NCBI GenBank assembly: GCA_951406725.2
Contig: OX597814.1
Coordinates: 78,182,001-78,246,000, forward strand
Length of the DNA: 64,000 nucleotides
Reading direction: 5' to 3'
DNA from: Octopus vulgaris
Lineage: Eukaryota
The position numbers and the translations under genes are program-made. Below, piece after piece: positions 25,390-38,330 of the stretch. The notes beneath the pieces were generated by a model, which was not told the DNA's origin, ran no database searches, and saw only the letters and a program-made list of their open reading frames with translations. The first letter of the stretch is position 1. The number at the start of each line of letters is the position of its first letter.

Positions 25390-25716
25390 TCTTCTTTCCG
25401 GGTGGTCGATAAAAATAAAGTAGCTGTGAAATACTAGATTCAATATAGTCAATGTTTCCCCTTCCTCAAATTCGAGGCTTTGTTTCGATGTAAGAAATCA
25501 TTGATAGGCCTTTCTACTATAGGCACAAGGCCTGAACTTTTGGAAGAGGGTGTAAATCAGTTTCATCGACCTCAGTGCTTGACTGGTACTTAATCTATCG
25601 ACCCGTAAAGGATGAAAGGCACAGTCGACATCTCGGCTGAATTTGAACTCAGAACGTAAAAACGGACGGAATGCCACTATGCATTTTGTCTGGCTTGCAA
25701 ACGATTTTGCCGCCTT
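25390..25716. mobile_element. Two tail-to-tail Meta-type SINE copies
   Basis: Family motifs on + (25390-25500) and on - (25510-25716). Confidence 0.75.
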
Positions 25717-26252
25717 AGAAATCCTTAATAAATAAATAAATAAAATACTTATGAAAACCTGTTGCTGCTGTTGTTCATCTCTCAAATCAACCTTGTTCGA
25801 GCAGACCTTAAATAAAATGTATCCCAACCATGACTATCCTGCCAGTTTTATTATTACTTTTTAAAAAAATTTTTATAGCAACTATCATTGCAGTATCCAA
25901 TGTGCCCTGCGTTTATTAAAACAGTGGAATGTGATTTCAGAGAAAATTGGCTGGTATTTCTGGCAAGTCGAACAACCATGTAAAAGATTGCTCGTCTGTC
26001 CACTTGTGTAGTAGATGTACCTATTAAAACAAATAATAAGGAATTCGGTAGGCAAAGTAAGAGGCTAACCATCCAAATGGTTGTTGGTTCATTTCATGCT
26101 ACCAATTATGTATTATCTCTATATTTGAATCTCAAATCACCTGGTTTACGAAAGCTATGAATAAAAATAACTCTTCGCTGTGGCCATTCAGATGTTTCCG
26201 ATGATTGAATATCGTCTCTTGGATTAGTTAAAGGAATCTATATACAGCTTAC

Positions 26253-26482
26253 CTCGACAGTTAGGGACGAGTGATGCTTTATTCACTTCGTATTTACACC
26301 CTCACATTTGGAGGAATGAGCTTAGTGGTCGTGAAGAGATATTCGCAGGTCTCATTACCTTTTATAAATGACCCTCATATTTTACTTTATGTATACGTAC
26401 GGTATTTGTATTGATTCTTTTCGTGTTATATAAAGCATATATAAATGTCTGGAGTTCGAGAGCAGAATTTCCGGGTTCCGCA
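26253..26482 (-). promoter_or_regulatory. Candidate upstream non-coding exon / promoter
   Basis: Donor GAG|GTAAGC at 26253/26252; ETS-like GCGGAACCCGGAAAT on minus at about 26467-26481; non-repetitive sequence. Confidence 0.25.
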
Positions 26483-26849
26483 CATGTAGTGTCTCAAACT
26501 ACCACAGCAAAAAAATGAAAGATGGAACGCTCTCTAGTACTACCGGCACCACAAACACAACAACGCTAACAACACACAAACAGAGACAGCAGCACCAGAA
26601 GTCGGAAAACAGAGATGGAGGGAGAAGGAGAGAGGGGAGAGGGAGAAAGAGTGAATATCAACCTGCCATACTCCCATGTCAGCACCACTCACACAATCAA
26701 AACTACTACAATAATACGAACAAAACCTGTAAACTACCACTCCCAGTAGCAATGACAGGAAAACACACAAACAGCAACTACAGAAAAACACACAAACAGC
26801 AACTACAGAAAAATAAGCTGTAACACCGACAACCAACATCATACAATTT

Positions 26850-27560
26850 CACGAGAAACAACAGTGAGGTTCATAAACATATAAAAGAAATAACAAAGGA
26901 ACAAGACTTCGACAAACTACTTCCTGAGACTCTACCCAATACATTTCTGATTAGAAGTTTATTAGGTAGTGTTTGGAGGATTAGGTTCCTGGAGTCTACA
27001 AGAAGTAAAGTCCCAAATTATTAGAGGGAATTCTTTATCAGAGTATTACAAAATCCTTTTGGAGAGCTTTCAAGGAGCACTTGCTGTCGAGGAGCCCGAA
27101 TTATATCCTTTTGCAATAATAAGATTACTTCTCTCAATTTTGTCTTTCGATTAACTCAACCTTACATCAATGTGCATAGTTTGAGGTCGTCTTTGGAGCA
27201 CGTGAGGCCAGAGTTCCCGGAACGTACATATTCATGCTCATCTTCGAAAACTACAAAACATCTCTTAGTCGACCTTGATCGGAAGGCAGAATAGCAAAGC
27301 TTTTGATGTATAAGAGGTGAAGGTGGAAATTGTTTGATTCTCAAACTTTTCTCAAATTTTGAAGTAATGTCATAGCTTGCTGCTATATTGGTGAAATACC
27401 AGGGTAATTGAAGAAAATACTTGGTTTCCCGTTGAACCAACCAACTCATTTCACTCTAGAACATTTTTCCCTAGGTTACAAAACCGCCTTACTCCCATCC
27501 GATATCAATAAATATTTCCTGTAATGTTTTCTTAACAAGTGACTCATTCCTAATTCTTTC
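26850..27560 (-). mobile_element. Degraded CR1/Jockey-like RT fragment
   Basis: Minus-strand AFRSRST resembles the QxGFRxxRST RT motif; otherwise decayed. Confidence 0.35.
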
Positions 27561-27714
27561 TCTCAGTCACTAAGAATTCGTGTATTTTATAATCAATCAT
27601 TACATAAGATTATGAATTGGTAGAACATCAGACAAAATGTCATTCGTTTTTTTTTTTTATTTCTTCTGTTCAAGGAACACAAGGTCAGAAGGAATTTCGC
27701 AACAACGTTTTAAG

Positions 27715-27760
<46 letters not shown>

Positions 27761-27763
27761 GTA

Positions 27764-28016
27764 TCTTTAAAATAATATGTGACAATTATTCAATAGCCAA
27801 GATGAAACTCTGAGTTTCGGATGCCGAGGTGGAAATCCACAACACCATCTCTTCGGTTATCTGGCCAGATAACCGAAGAGATGGTGTTGTGGATTCCGAA
27901 ACTCAGAGTTTCATCTTGGCTATTGAATAATTGTCACATATTATTGTAAAGATAAATTTCTTCTATTTACATAATATTGAGGCCTCTTTCTTTCTTTTGT
28001 TATCTTACCGTTTTTA

Positions 28017-28019
<3 letters not shown>
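27764..28019. mobile_element. Near-perfect ~190 bp palindrome with no spacer, in (TA)n; hammerhead-bearing inverted pseudo-LTR
   Basis: Centre ttatctgg|ccagataa at 27864/27865; arms 27764-27864 and 27865-27953 match except for one short indel and a terminal mismatch. Confidence 0.9.
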
Positions 28020-28081
<62 letters not shown>

Positions 28082-28084
28082 AAT

Positions 28085-28570
28085 GTATTAGATAATAAAA
28101 CAAATGGTTTATACCTTGTAGCTTACTGGTAAACAAAATGTTCGTTATGCTCCTGGTTAACAAGAGACGGAAGATGGAAGATACAAGAGTTATTAATCAC
28201 TACAATTGTTTTGACAATTCTAGCATCGATTCCTCTTGGTTTGGGTACTTAACAACTGGTTCAGGAGCACCCGTCGGTGCAGACATGTCTCTTCGAGTGA
28301 TAAACAGGTACAACTAACAGTTCTGCTGTGTATCTTCTCAGTTCTTGTGAAGAAAAGCAGCAAAGTAAAGGATATAATTTCATTTATATAGAAGATTGAT
28401 AATAGAATAACAAGTTGTATCTGTTTATCACTCGAAGAGACACGTCTGCACCGTCGGATGCTCCTGAACCAGTTGTTAAGTATTCCACCCATGAGACATC
28501 GATGCTAGGCGTGTTGAAACAATTGTCGTGATTAATAAAAATTCTCGTATTTTCCATCCGTCTCATTAAC
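28085..28570. mobile_element. Foldback element (arms 28156-28315 / 28413-28570) with a hammerhead-like fold; related copy at 53015-53300
   Basis: Inverted arms are readable by eye. Plus strand 28427-28532 folds as atcac-TCGAAGA-[long stem II]-GAAA-caattgt-C-gtgat. Confidence 0.8.
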
Positions 28571-29133
28571 TAGATACGGTATGTGGGGGGGGGGGCATGT
28601 GTACATCGGTGTGTGTGAGTATGTGTATGTATATATGTATTTATATATATAAAAGATTGAAAGAATATTGTGTCTGTATATGTGTGTATGTGTGAGTGTG
28701 TGTGCATGTATATGTTCTTAAACAACGATATAATTTCGAAGTTTCGGTCAACTGTGTGTGTTTAAGTGTGTCCTCTCCAGATCATAGGATTGTTTTTAAT
28801 GGTTCACAAAAAGGATGTTGGTAGTTCTAGGATGTGTCAATAGTTTTAACTATTTTTGGCTTTATTGTATTGAATCCTTTGCTTTGACAATGTAAAGGTC
28901 AGAGTAATGGATTTGTGTTCTTAGCGTTATTGTTGTTTGTGGTGCCTGCAGTACTAGAAAGGGAGTTCCATCTTTCGTCTTTCTGATATGAGCAAAAGGT
29001 CCTTAGGTAGTTTGTGACACTACATATGCGGAATTTGGAGCTTCTATCCTCGACCTCCACAAAAAATTACATAAGCTTTATGTAACACGAGTATAATCAA
29101 TGCACACAGCGTACATATAGTTAAATCATACAT

Positions 29134-29349
29134 ATGAGGGTGTACTGAGTTCTTGGCGTCAAGGGTATCGCGAAAGCCCGTTTGGGGGCCCCAACTTTCC
29201 AAGTTCTTTAACAGAGCTTAGAAAAAAATGGAGGACCGCTGCAATAAGTATGTGAATATGAGAGGAATATGTTGAGTAAAAACATAATTAAGTGATCCTG
29301 GTGTATTTTCTTTTACCCAAAGTCAGGAACACTTCAGCAAGCCCTCGTA
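29134..29349 (+). mobile_element. Mariner-derived MITE
   Basis: TIRs tatgagggtgtactga / ttcagcaagccctcgta; keeps the transposase C-terminal remnant (RCNK.VN.RG..VE); copy at 43078-43292. Confidence 0.8.
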
Positions 29350-29559
29350 AAATTCTCGTTTGGAACAGTGAAACTCGAATCAGATGAAGCTATAGATAAC
29401 AGCCTTCAACTTTTTCTATTCAAAGCTTTTTTAACCCAACATTTAAACGCTGTTTTTTTTATAACTTTTTCTGCTTCAAATTTCACCGTTCATCTCCTCC
29501 TCGTACTTCTAACTTTTCCAAGATGATAGAAATCCCCGTAAATCCCCGTCTCCTTAATT

Positions 29560-31010
29560 ACCTTCAGTTTCTTTCTTTTCTCAATAACCAGCAGTGAAGT
29601 TTCGTACAACCAGATCTACGAAGAATTTCTTCTTTTATCAAACATGCCAATAGTCACTCACCTTCACTCGCTAGCCATTTCTATCAAACATTAATTACTC
29701 ACTTCTGTGAAAATAAGGCCGATGCCCTCAAAATAAGCAAAACACTGAATTCTCTCTGGTCGTCATGAACTCTATTGCATCTACTGGATCGGAAGTTTCC
29801 TGCCAATGTTCATTAACGGGACTGTCTCCAATTAACATTCTATTAACATCAAAGTATGCAAGACATCATTAAAACATAGTGTTCGGTTACGAATTCCAAA
29901 TACCTGCTATTTACAAGCGAGGAATTTCTAATTACACAAACAGCAATACAGTCAATATCACTTTCACTTTTCCTTAACCTTCCGCACTCATGCATTACTC
30001 TCATGTAACCCAGTCACTGTGCACTAAGACTTGTACTCCTTCATATAAGAGTGACTTAGGGAACATTCACTCTATTAATTTTTCTGCGACAGCGTTGAGG
30101 TATATCAAATGAACAGTCATGCACCTTGTCCTACCTACACCTGAAGAACAGATATTAAAACCTTCGAAGTCGCTACAAATCCTAGGACTAGGTCCTTTCA
30201 TTTGTCTTAGTCAGTATGTACAAAATCTTGCGTTATTCTATAATATTTTTATTTGTTTCATTCATTGGACAAAGATCATTCTAGAGCACCACCATGACTG
30301 TTTTGGTCGAGCATATCGAATCCAGTAGTATTTAAAACAAATTTTGGCAGCCATCTTATTGATTCTTCTTTTTAGAATCAGTAACTTACAATACAGAAAG
30401 CGCAATGCGTTCAACATTAAAACAGATATAGGGACAAATACACACACACACACAGACACATAAAGGTACACACACAAAAGTATTAGGCTTTAAAATATAA
30501 TAAGTACTGAGAGCGATTCATTCGACTGCAATTTTTCAAGGCGGTGCCACAGTATGGCCGCAGTCTCATGACTGAAACAAGTAAAAGATAAAAGATAAAA
30601 GGTAAAAGATAATCCACCATACAAAATTAGCTTCTGTTCGAATTACATCAAAATCCAAGAAAGTAATAAAGAGGAAAAAAACTATTCAGGCGATAGGCAA
30701 AAATTTACATACCAGCAAGTTTACGATATCTGACTTATATTCCTGCAACGTCAACTCTCTACCTCATCTGGACTTGCAAAGACCCTTTCGCTCTACAAAG
30801 ACCTCTTCGCTCTACTCGACACACATGCTTTTCCTCATCTCGATATTTAGCTCACTCTTCACATATTGTTTACTAAACACTTTCCTCAATCATCCCTTCC
30901 TTCATAGCGCCACTATTCTCTGGAATTTCCTTCATGCCCACGTTTTTTTTTCTTTTTCCTTTTTTCTTGCTGACAGATATCTACAGAAATGTAAAGTGAA
31001 TATCAGCAAT
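29560..31010 (+). mobile_element. Scattered remnants of a CR1/Jockey-like LINE interrupted by a SINE tail
   Basis: ATILWNFLHAHVF resembles the LWNxLP 3' motif; a similar remnant lies at 60640-60880. Confidence 0.4.
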
Positions 31011-31851
31011 TGAGAAAATCTACAAAGTTTTTAGATGCTTCCATTTGTTATTAATAAAATAAAAATTGCTATTCACACGTCTAATCTTTCTATTTAGTTG
31101 TTTTGTTGATAATTCAGGATAGGCGGGGAAGGACAGTGCTGATATCTATTTGCAGGCTCTTCTGGAGTAGTGAGAGTAATGCAGCCGATCATAGCTATAG
31201 ACTTCTGCACGTTAATATTTGCTGGGAAAATGTAAGCACGGGAGTGGTTGTGACGGGGTTCAGCTCGAATGACTGTAACAGATAATACTGGATTTAGACT
31301 TGCTAAGGCTTTAAGCAGCATAAATTTTGGAGCTCTTTATTCAAAATCACGCCAGAAGTTCTCACAAAATCGAAAACATAAATTGCTTTTTAGTATTTTG
31401 AAACGCTAAACTGTTGTTCGTTTCGCTTATACCTAAATCCGGAACTAGCAACGGAAACGAAGGCGGCTTAACGTTCGAAAGTCTTAGGAAGAGGTTTGGC
31501 ACTGCGAATGACGAACGCAAATAATGAACTGTGTTTATTGACGGCGACGACGACGACGATCATGGTGAGGATGATGATGATGACGGCGACGACAACGACG
31601 ATGACGACGACGATAATGATGATGATGATGATGAGAATTAGTTGTAATATTTGTAAATCTACGTTCAAGAAGTGGTTAAGGCATAAGTAATTCTCGCATA
31701 GACAGAAACTAAATGATACAATAGTAACCTGATTTCCAATTCGTGTCGAAATTATTTCACTTTCGTTGATTAAAGCTCGTTGAGACTGGTAAGAAGTTGC
31801 TAACTCACTATTCAGCTATATTCCTATTTCAATCTACATAATATATATATA

Positions 31852-32218
31852 GCTGCAAAGACATCATAAAAAACTGTTACTCAGAGTTTCACGTTCCCGT
31901 TCGTCGGACAGTTTTGGTTGAGAATGGAGCAAAAAAATAAAGTTATATCTATAAATATACAATTACATTGATAGATACACATTTGAAATTGGTTATGTTT
32001 CATTGGTCCTTTCAACTAACGGTCTTTTCAATAACCGGTTATATGAAATTAAAATTAAAATTACGATTTGGGAACGTGAAAGTCTGAATAACAGTTTTTG
32101 TGATGTCTTTGTAGTTTATTAAAAAAGCATATTACTCTACCTCCGGTATTCCAGTACTATTTTTTTCACTTTTTTCATATTTATGTGCTTAACTTTTTCT
32201 ATTCAAAGCTTTTTTTTT

Positions 32219-32220
<2 letters not shown>
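31852..32220. mobile_element. TA-flanked foldback element (arms 31852-31898 / 32070-32116), Penelope pseudo-LTR-like
   Basis: gctgcaaagacatcataaaaaactgttactcagagtttcacgttccc is mirrored by gggaacgtgaaagtctgaataacagtttttgtgatgtctttgtag. Confidence 0.85.
31870..31915 (-). ncRNA. Minimal type I hammerhead ribozyme (U4C core variant)
   Basis: Minus strand AAAACUGU-CCGACGA-ACG(GGAA)CGU-GAAA-CUC(U)GAGU-A-ACAGUUUU: a perfect 8-bp stem I, 3-bp stem II, near-palindromic stem III and GUA cleavage triplet. Confidence 0.8.
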
Positions 32221-32289
<69 letters not shown>

Positions 32290-32297
<8 letters not shown>

Positions 32298-33170
32298 TAA
32301 TAAATAAAATAAAACATATGCATATATATAAACATATATGTACGTACCTACCTCTACATGTACATATACACACATATATGAGTACAGGACACAAAAAGGA
32401 CGTCGAACACAATGAGAAACGGAAACATAGACACAAACCAAAGAAACTGGACATTTATTTAAAAACAGCAAAAAAATAGAATACAGGACAATTAACACAA
32501 AGAAAAACCCCTTCTTCAGTCGCTAAAGATTTCATCTACTCTACGTTTCGAAGGATAAAAGCGAGACGTATCTTCGACAAGAAAACTTTCCTTCCTGCGA
32601 AAAGCAAATCAATTAAAATTCTGAGATCTTTTCGCAGAGGGGTAAAAAATGGTAAAAACAGGACAGTAACGACAGTACAAATTGTAAACAGTAAAGGACA
32701 GGACAAGGAAAAACAAGATAAGAAGGGCTGTTGACGCCGAACGAAAAAAAGTATTGCAAACGCAGAATTTTTTATGGACGACGAGCGGAGCGAAAAGAAA
32801 TGTCGTCCATTACCTTGAGAGAGCCAGGCGAGAGAGACAGCAGCGGAAGTGACGTCGTGGGTGAACGACGGGAAGGCGGAAGTCACGTCGCGGGTGAACG
32901 AAGGGAAGGGGGAGGAGGAGCAAGAGAAAGGGAGAGAAGAAGGGGAATGGCTGCGAGGAAACCATGAAGAATGGAGAGGGGGAGAGAGAGAGTGAAGAAT
33001 GAGAGAGAGGAAGAGACAAGTTAAGTAGAGGAAAAGGAAAACAAAGAATGAAGGCTGAGAAAGGGATGGGACAGAAAGGTTAAGAGTGCGCGTGAGAGTT
33101 AATATCAAGATCAAAACTCGATATAAAGAACAATCTTACTTAGTGGGGTGCGTGCGTTTCATCATATAAT
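32290..33170 (-). mobile_element. Relative of the 2229-3539 element (one repeat unit plus GA-rich region)
   Basis: Shares tacgtaccta..tctacatg, gagtacaggacac, gtttcgaagg, ttccttcctgcgaa and ttcgcagaggggtaaaaa blocks. Confidence 0.7.
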
Positions 33171-33191
33171 ATATTAATATATATATATATG

Positions 33192-33900
33192 CTAGCTGGT
33201 GTACCCGGTAATTCCCGGGGGTAAAGCTATTCTATTGAAACGCCTTATTACGCTGATATAAGAAAGCAATTTCGTTATGACTGCCACAAAAGGTGTATTT
33301 TCCGTCACGAAAAAGTACAAAAAAACTGTCAGCTGGAGGAAGAAGAAATTGTTGGAGGTTGGCGAGAGAGGTTGTCGGAGGTTGGTGAGAGGCAAATACA
33401 TTATTCTACTTAGCGAAGGCATCTAGGAATTGTATAACTGCTGTCATTCACAGAAAAACTATTGTTTTACCGTGAGAAAAGCGCTGTTGCAGTGTTAAGT
33501 GAAATTTGGCAATTGAGGAAGGAACCCACGCTATGCCTGCATGAAGCCACTACAAATAAGTTGTGGAATAAAATCTTTATCTACTGTCATGGAAAAAGTG
33601 TAACTGTAAAAATGCAGAATTATCGGAGTAATGGGCATTCAAAAAAGTATCTATGTATAAAAATATATGAATGAAGTCTTTAATGTTTAAGATTCAAATT
33701 AAGGAAGTGCAATAATAATGTTTAGCAGTTCAAAACTGTGAGTAGTGAAATGTGGGCTGATTAGGTGGGCTGATCGTGAGAATCAAATATTGATCGCTTC
33801 GCTAAACTCTGCAGGTGGTATGGGTTATTTCCCTTGGGTTATTCAAATAAAATATTAGTAATATGCAGTAGATAGAAGAATTCATTGGAAGGGCTCTATT
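33192..33900 (-). mobile_element. Possible Helitron-type end (hairpin then CTAG)
   Basis: Minus strand cccgg-gaatta-ccggg hairpin 8 nt before CTAG at 33192-33195; the right boundary is a guess. Confidence 0.4.
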
Positions 33901-34316
33901 TTTTCAACAATCTAAATATGTCACGAGGTTTCCAGACATGAGTTCTACTCATGTGTCAAATAAAGTATAAACGTGATATTGTCTGCAAAAATTAGAACTA
34001 GGACACACAAAAAATCAATATTCAATGTAATCGAACATAAACAATGAAATCTATGTCCTAACCTGAGCAGGTTAGGATATAGATAAGCTTCTGGGAAACA
34101 CATGTAAGAAGAGAATAGATGACAAAGGAACAAACAATTATCTCAGAAACCCAACTAGTTCACAGCTGCTTCCACTATAAGATGTGGTGAAGTGCACTTA
34201 ATGTTTGAAGTACTAATGAAACTGTAAAGTGTTACTCAGGCACTCAACTGAGTTCGCCACATCCTATAGTGGAATCAGTTGCAAACCAACAAAGTTTATA
34301 TTCTTGTCAATTCTTT

Positions 34317-34353
<37 letters not shown>

Positions 34354-34354
34354 A

Positions 34355-34387
<33 letters not shown>

Positions 34388-34412
34388 CTATATATGTATG
34401 TATGTATGTATC

Positions 34413-34766
34413 GTGGCACTCCGTCGGTTGCGACGACGAGGGTTCCAGTTGATCTGATCAACGGAACAACCTGCTCGTGAAATTAACGTGCAGGTGGCTG
34501 AGCACTCCACAGACACGTGCACCCTTAATATAGTTCTCGGGGAAATTCAGCGTGACACAGTGTGACAAGGCTGGCCCCTTGAAATACAGGGACAACAGAA
34601 ACAGGAAGAAAGAGTGAGAGAAAGTTGTGGTGAAAGAGTAGAGCAGAGTTCGCCACCACCGGAGCCTCGTGGAACTTAAGGTGTTTTCCCTCAATAAACA
34701 ACACTCTGGGAATCGAAGCCGCGATCCTACGACCACGAATCCGCTGCCCTAACCACTGGGCCATTG
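34413..34766 (-). mobile_element. tRNA(Arg)-like SINE, near full-length
   Basis: Reverse complement of the 20007 family, including the tail. Confidence 0.88.
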
Positions 34767-35016
34767 TGCCGGTGTTGGTGCTGCTGCTGCTGATGCTGCT
34801 GCTGCTGATGATGATGATGTTGAGGCTGGGATAGTGGTGTTGGTGATGCTGCTGCTGCTGCTGATGATGATGATAGGAAAGGCAATGGCAGTGAAGATCC
34901 TATTGCTGATGAAGTTCATTTTATCAATAATGCGTTGTATTGTCACTAGCATTACTGCTATCGCATCACATATAAATTTCATCACTCTATTCCTTTCTCT
35001 CTCTCCCTTCCTCCCT

Positions 35017-35057
<41 letters not shown>

Positions 35058-35177
35058 GCAAACCCTATTTTATGCCATTTTTTCTCTCTGTTACACATAG
35101 ACATACACACATAAATATCAATGCATGTGTGTGCATGCACATGTGTATGTATATATATATATATATATGCGTATGTA

Positions 35178-35238
<61 letters not shown>

Positions 35239-36419
35239 ATGTATGTATATATGTATACGTGTATGTATGAATATATATATATATGTATGTATATATATGT
35301 GTGTATATATGTATATGTATGACTATCTTTCTCTCTCTCCACACACACATACATATATATGCATATATGTATTCTAATATATAATTAAGTAAATACATAT
35401 ACACGCACGTACACACACATAAATACACACACTCACTCACACGAACACATACAGCTTTGTTTGCGAGCAAAACAATTTAAACATTTTAGATCCCTAAGTA
35501 GCAAAGAACCAAATCAGATGAAAAGCATTGTTTGCAGAAGCAAAACACTTATGAACATTTGCTATCATGGTCTTTCAGGCTTTCATCAATTTCAAGGATA
35601 GTCTCTCCGAACGCAGAAAATGCGTTTTGAAAGAAAGAAAAAGAATATTTGCGGATGATAGGATAGTCTGGTTGAGATCTCTATGCTCAACTGATGGGAA
35701 ACTCGATAATTCCATACAATTACTTTACATATGGGCAAATAGGTAGGGTTAGGTTATATGAAGTATATCTGAAAGTGTTCTCGAAAAGTTTGAGCTATAT
35801 ATAGAGGATGTGGTATCAAACTATTCGTTCGTTTGATACCTAAATTGTTAATAGTGTTGGAAAGTACGTAAACTATTTTAAGCAAAATATGCTTTTCCTA
35901 TGTAGATGTATTATTGCTGTGCTTTCGTGTGGAGTAGTGTGCAATCTTAAGGACAGCCCTAGGCGGCACATACTCTAACTATGCCATTACTACTATCCAC
36001 TTGAAGTTATTAATGTAGAAATGAAAATACATATGTACCACTGATGGGCTTCAGAATCCAGAACCCAAATTGAAATTTTAGCTTTCCTACTATGTATGTA
36101 TGTATGTATGTATGTATGTATGTATGTATGTATGTATGTATGTATGTGTGTATGTATGTATGTATGTATGTATGTATGTATGTATGTGTGTGTGTATGTA
36201 TGTATGTATGTATGTATGTATGTATGTATGTATGTATGTATGTATGTATGTGTGTGTGTGTGTGTGTATGCATGCTTGTGTATATTTACATTAAAGAATT
36301 ATTCAATACATTTGATGGGGTATAAATTTATCATTTCTAAACAAGAATATTATTGACAGTGATTTCGAAGTTTTAGCCGGCTTGGCCATCATCAGGATAC
36401 ACACGCACACACATACACA

Positions 36420-36464
<45 letters not shown>

Positions 36465-36510
36465 TAATATGAAAGAATGAAGAAGCAAAACATTTGGTAT
36501 TTATAGCATG

Positions 36511-36909
36511 TAGTTCATAATTCAAACATAATTTCAGAGTTGTTAGATTGAATAAATGATTAAGAAGTTGTGCATAAAGTCTCTTACAGCTGTTTCTGAA
36601 ATAGCTGTGCATATGGTGCCATTTCCGTCGAGCAAGGATTTCCATATAAAATCCAACTATACTGCCTCCAGAGTGGAAGAATTAAGGAATATCCTTAACA
36701 AAGAATAGTAGTAGTTACCAGTTTCGTCGTCGAAGAAAGATATTCCTTAATTCTTCGCCTCTCAAGACGTATTTTATTTGGAATTATTTGCTCAAAGAAA
36801 CATGAACTACATGCACTGCTATTCCAGAAACCAGTGTAAGAGAATTTATGCACAACTTCTTGATCCTTTATTTACTCTAGCAACTTTGCAATTATGTTTG
36901 AATCATGAT
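36511..36909. repeat. Old ~400 bp foldback element
   Basis: aagaagttgtgcataaagtctcttacagctgtttctgaaatagc is mirrored by gctattccagaaaccagtgtaagagaatttatgcacaacttctt; inner arms gaagaattaaggaatatc / gatattccttaattcttc. Confidence 0.8.
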
Positions 36910-37124
36910 TACACCCTCTAAAGTGATACCACATGCCTTGCTTGTCCATGCTTTCTCTCTAATATATATCTAACCGCCCAGTGATAAACCACTTATAACT
37001 ATTCATTGTTAGACGGTTACAACACCACTTTTGATTTAGTCACAGTTCAAGTTTTGTCGGTAAACCAGTCAGAGCACTTACTCAATATACCAATTACATT
37101 ACGTCACCGGATGCAATTTTTTCT

Positions 37125-37180
<56 letters not shown>

Positions 37181-37215
37181 GCTGTTGCTGCTGCTACTAC
37201 TACTACTACTACTAT

Positions 37216-37256
<41 letters not shown>

Positions 37257-37294
37257 AACACACAGACACAGACACACGCTCACTCACATGTATG

Positions 37295-37328
<34 letters not shown>

Positions 37329-37730
37329 TGTATGTATGTATGTATGTATGTATGTATGTATGTATGTAGGTATATATATAAAACTGAGAATGTGTGTGTG
37401 TGTATCTGTTTGTCTGTATGTATGTATGCATATATGTGTGCATCCTTAAAACTCGAGAATTACTCGACCGATTTCATTCAAATTTTACGTATACTTTACT
37501 TGGGATCCATGCAGTGTCATGAGTCAAACAGATTTTTAAGTTCTTGCCTAATGCAAGCCCGGAGCAATCTCTTATCTCTTGCACTATTTCAGTATTACGT
37601 ATCAAAAGTGAAACAATGATAGCTCTATTGTAATGGGAGACAGTACTTTCACTTTTAATACTTTCAATATATATATAATATATACATAGTAAAACTAACC
37701 TGAACATATATATGTATGTATATACATATA

Positions 37731-37822
<92 letters not shown>

Positions 37823-37823
<1 letters not shown>

Positions 37824-38045
37824 TGTCCTTGTTTGTATATATTCGATCCTTTTTCCAAGAAATCTAATGCTCGCAGCTTAGTTTTTCCTTGGGGCTGGCC
37901 GGATCGGAGCGATATCAGGATTAATCAGCCGAAATTTGCTAGGATGATCCAGTTCCTAACTGAATATTGGAGGCTTCGAATGACCCGTCCGTTTTTTGTG
38001 TCGTCTCTTTGTGTATTTTGCGTTCTTGTCCCATTCTGTATTTTT
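37823..38045 (+). mobile_element. TA-flanked repeat unit, probable pseudo-LTR; family also at 40842-40970 and 62135-62400 (reverse)
   Basis: Shared ttaatcagccgaaat...gatgatcc.gttc..ctga...gcttcgaatg.cc.gtc blocks. Confidence 0.7.
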
Positions 38046-38119
38046 ATATATAATTTTTATACATATTTATATATATATATATATATATGTATGTGTATGT
38101 ATATATATATGTGTGTATG

Positions 38120-38169
<50 letters not shown>

Positions 38170-38330
38170 TGTATATATATATGTATATATATATATGTGT
38201 GTACATATATGTATATATATATGTATATATATATGTACGTATATATATGCATATATATATTTATGTACATATATATATTTATGTATGCATGTATATATGA
38301 GTATATATATATATATATATATATATATAA

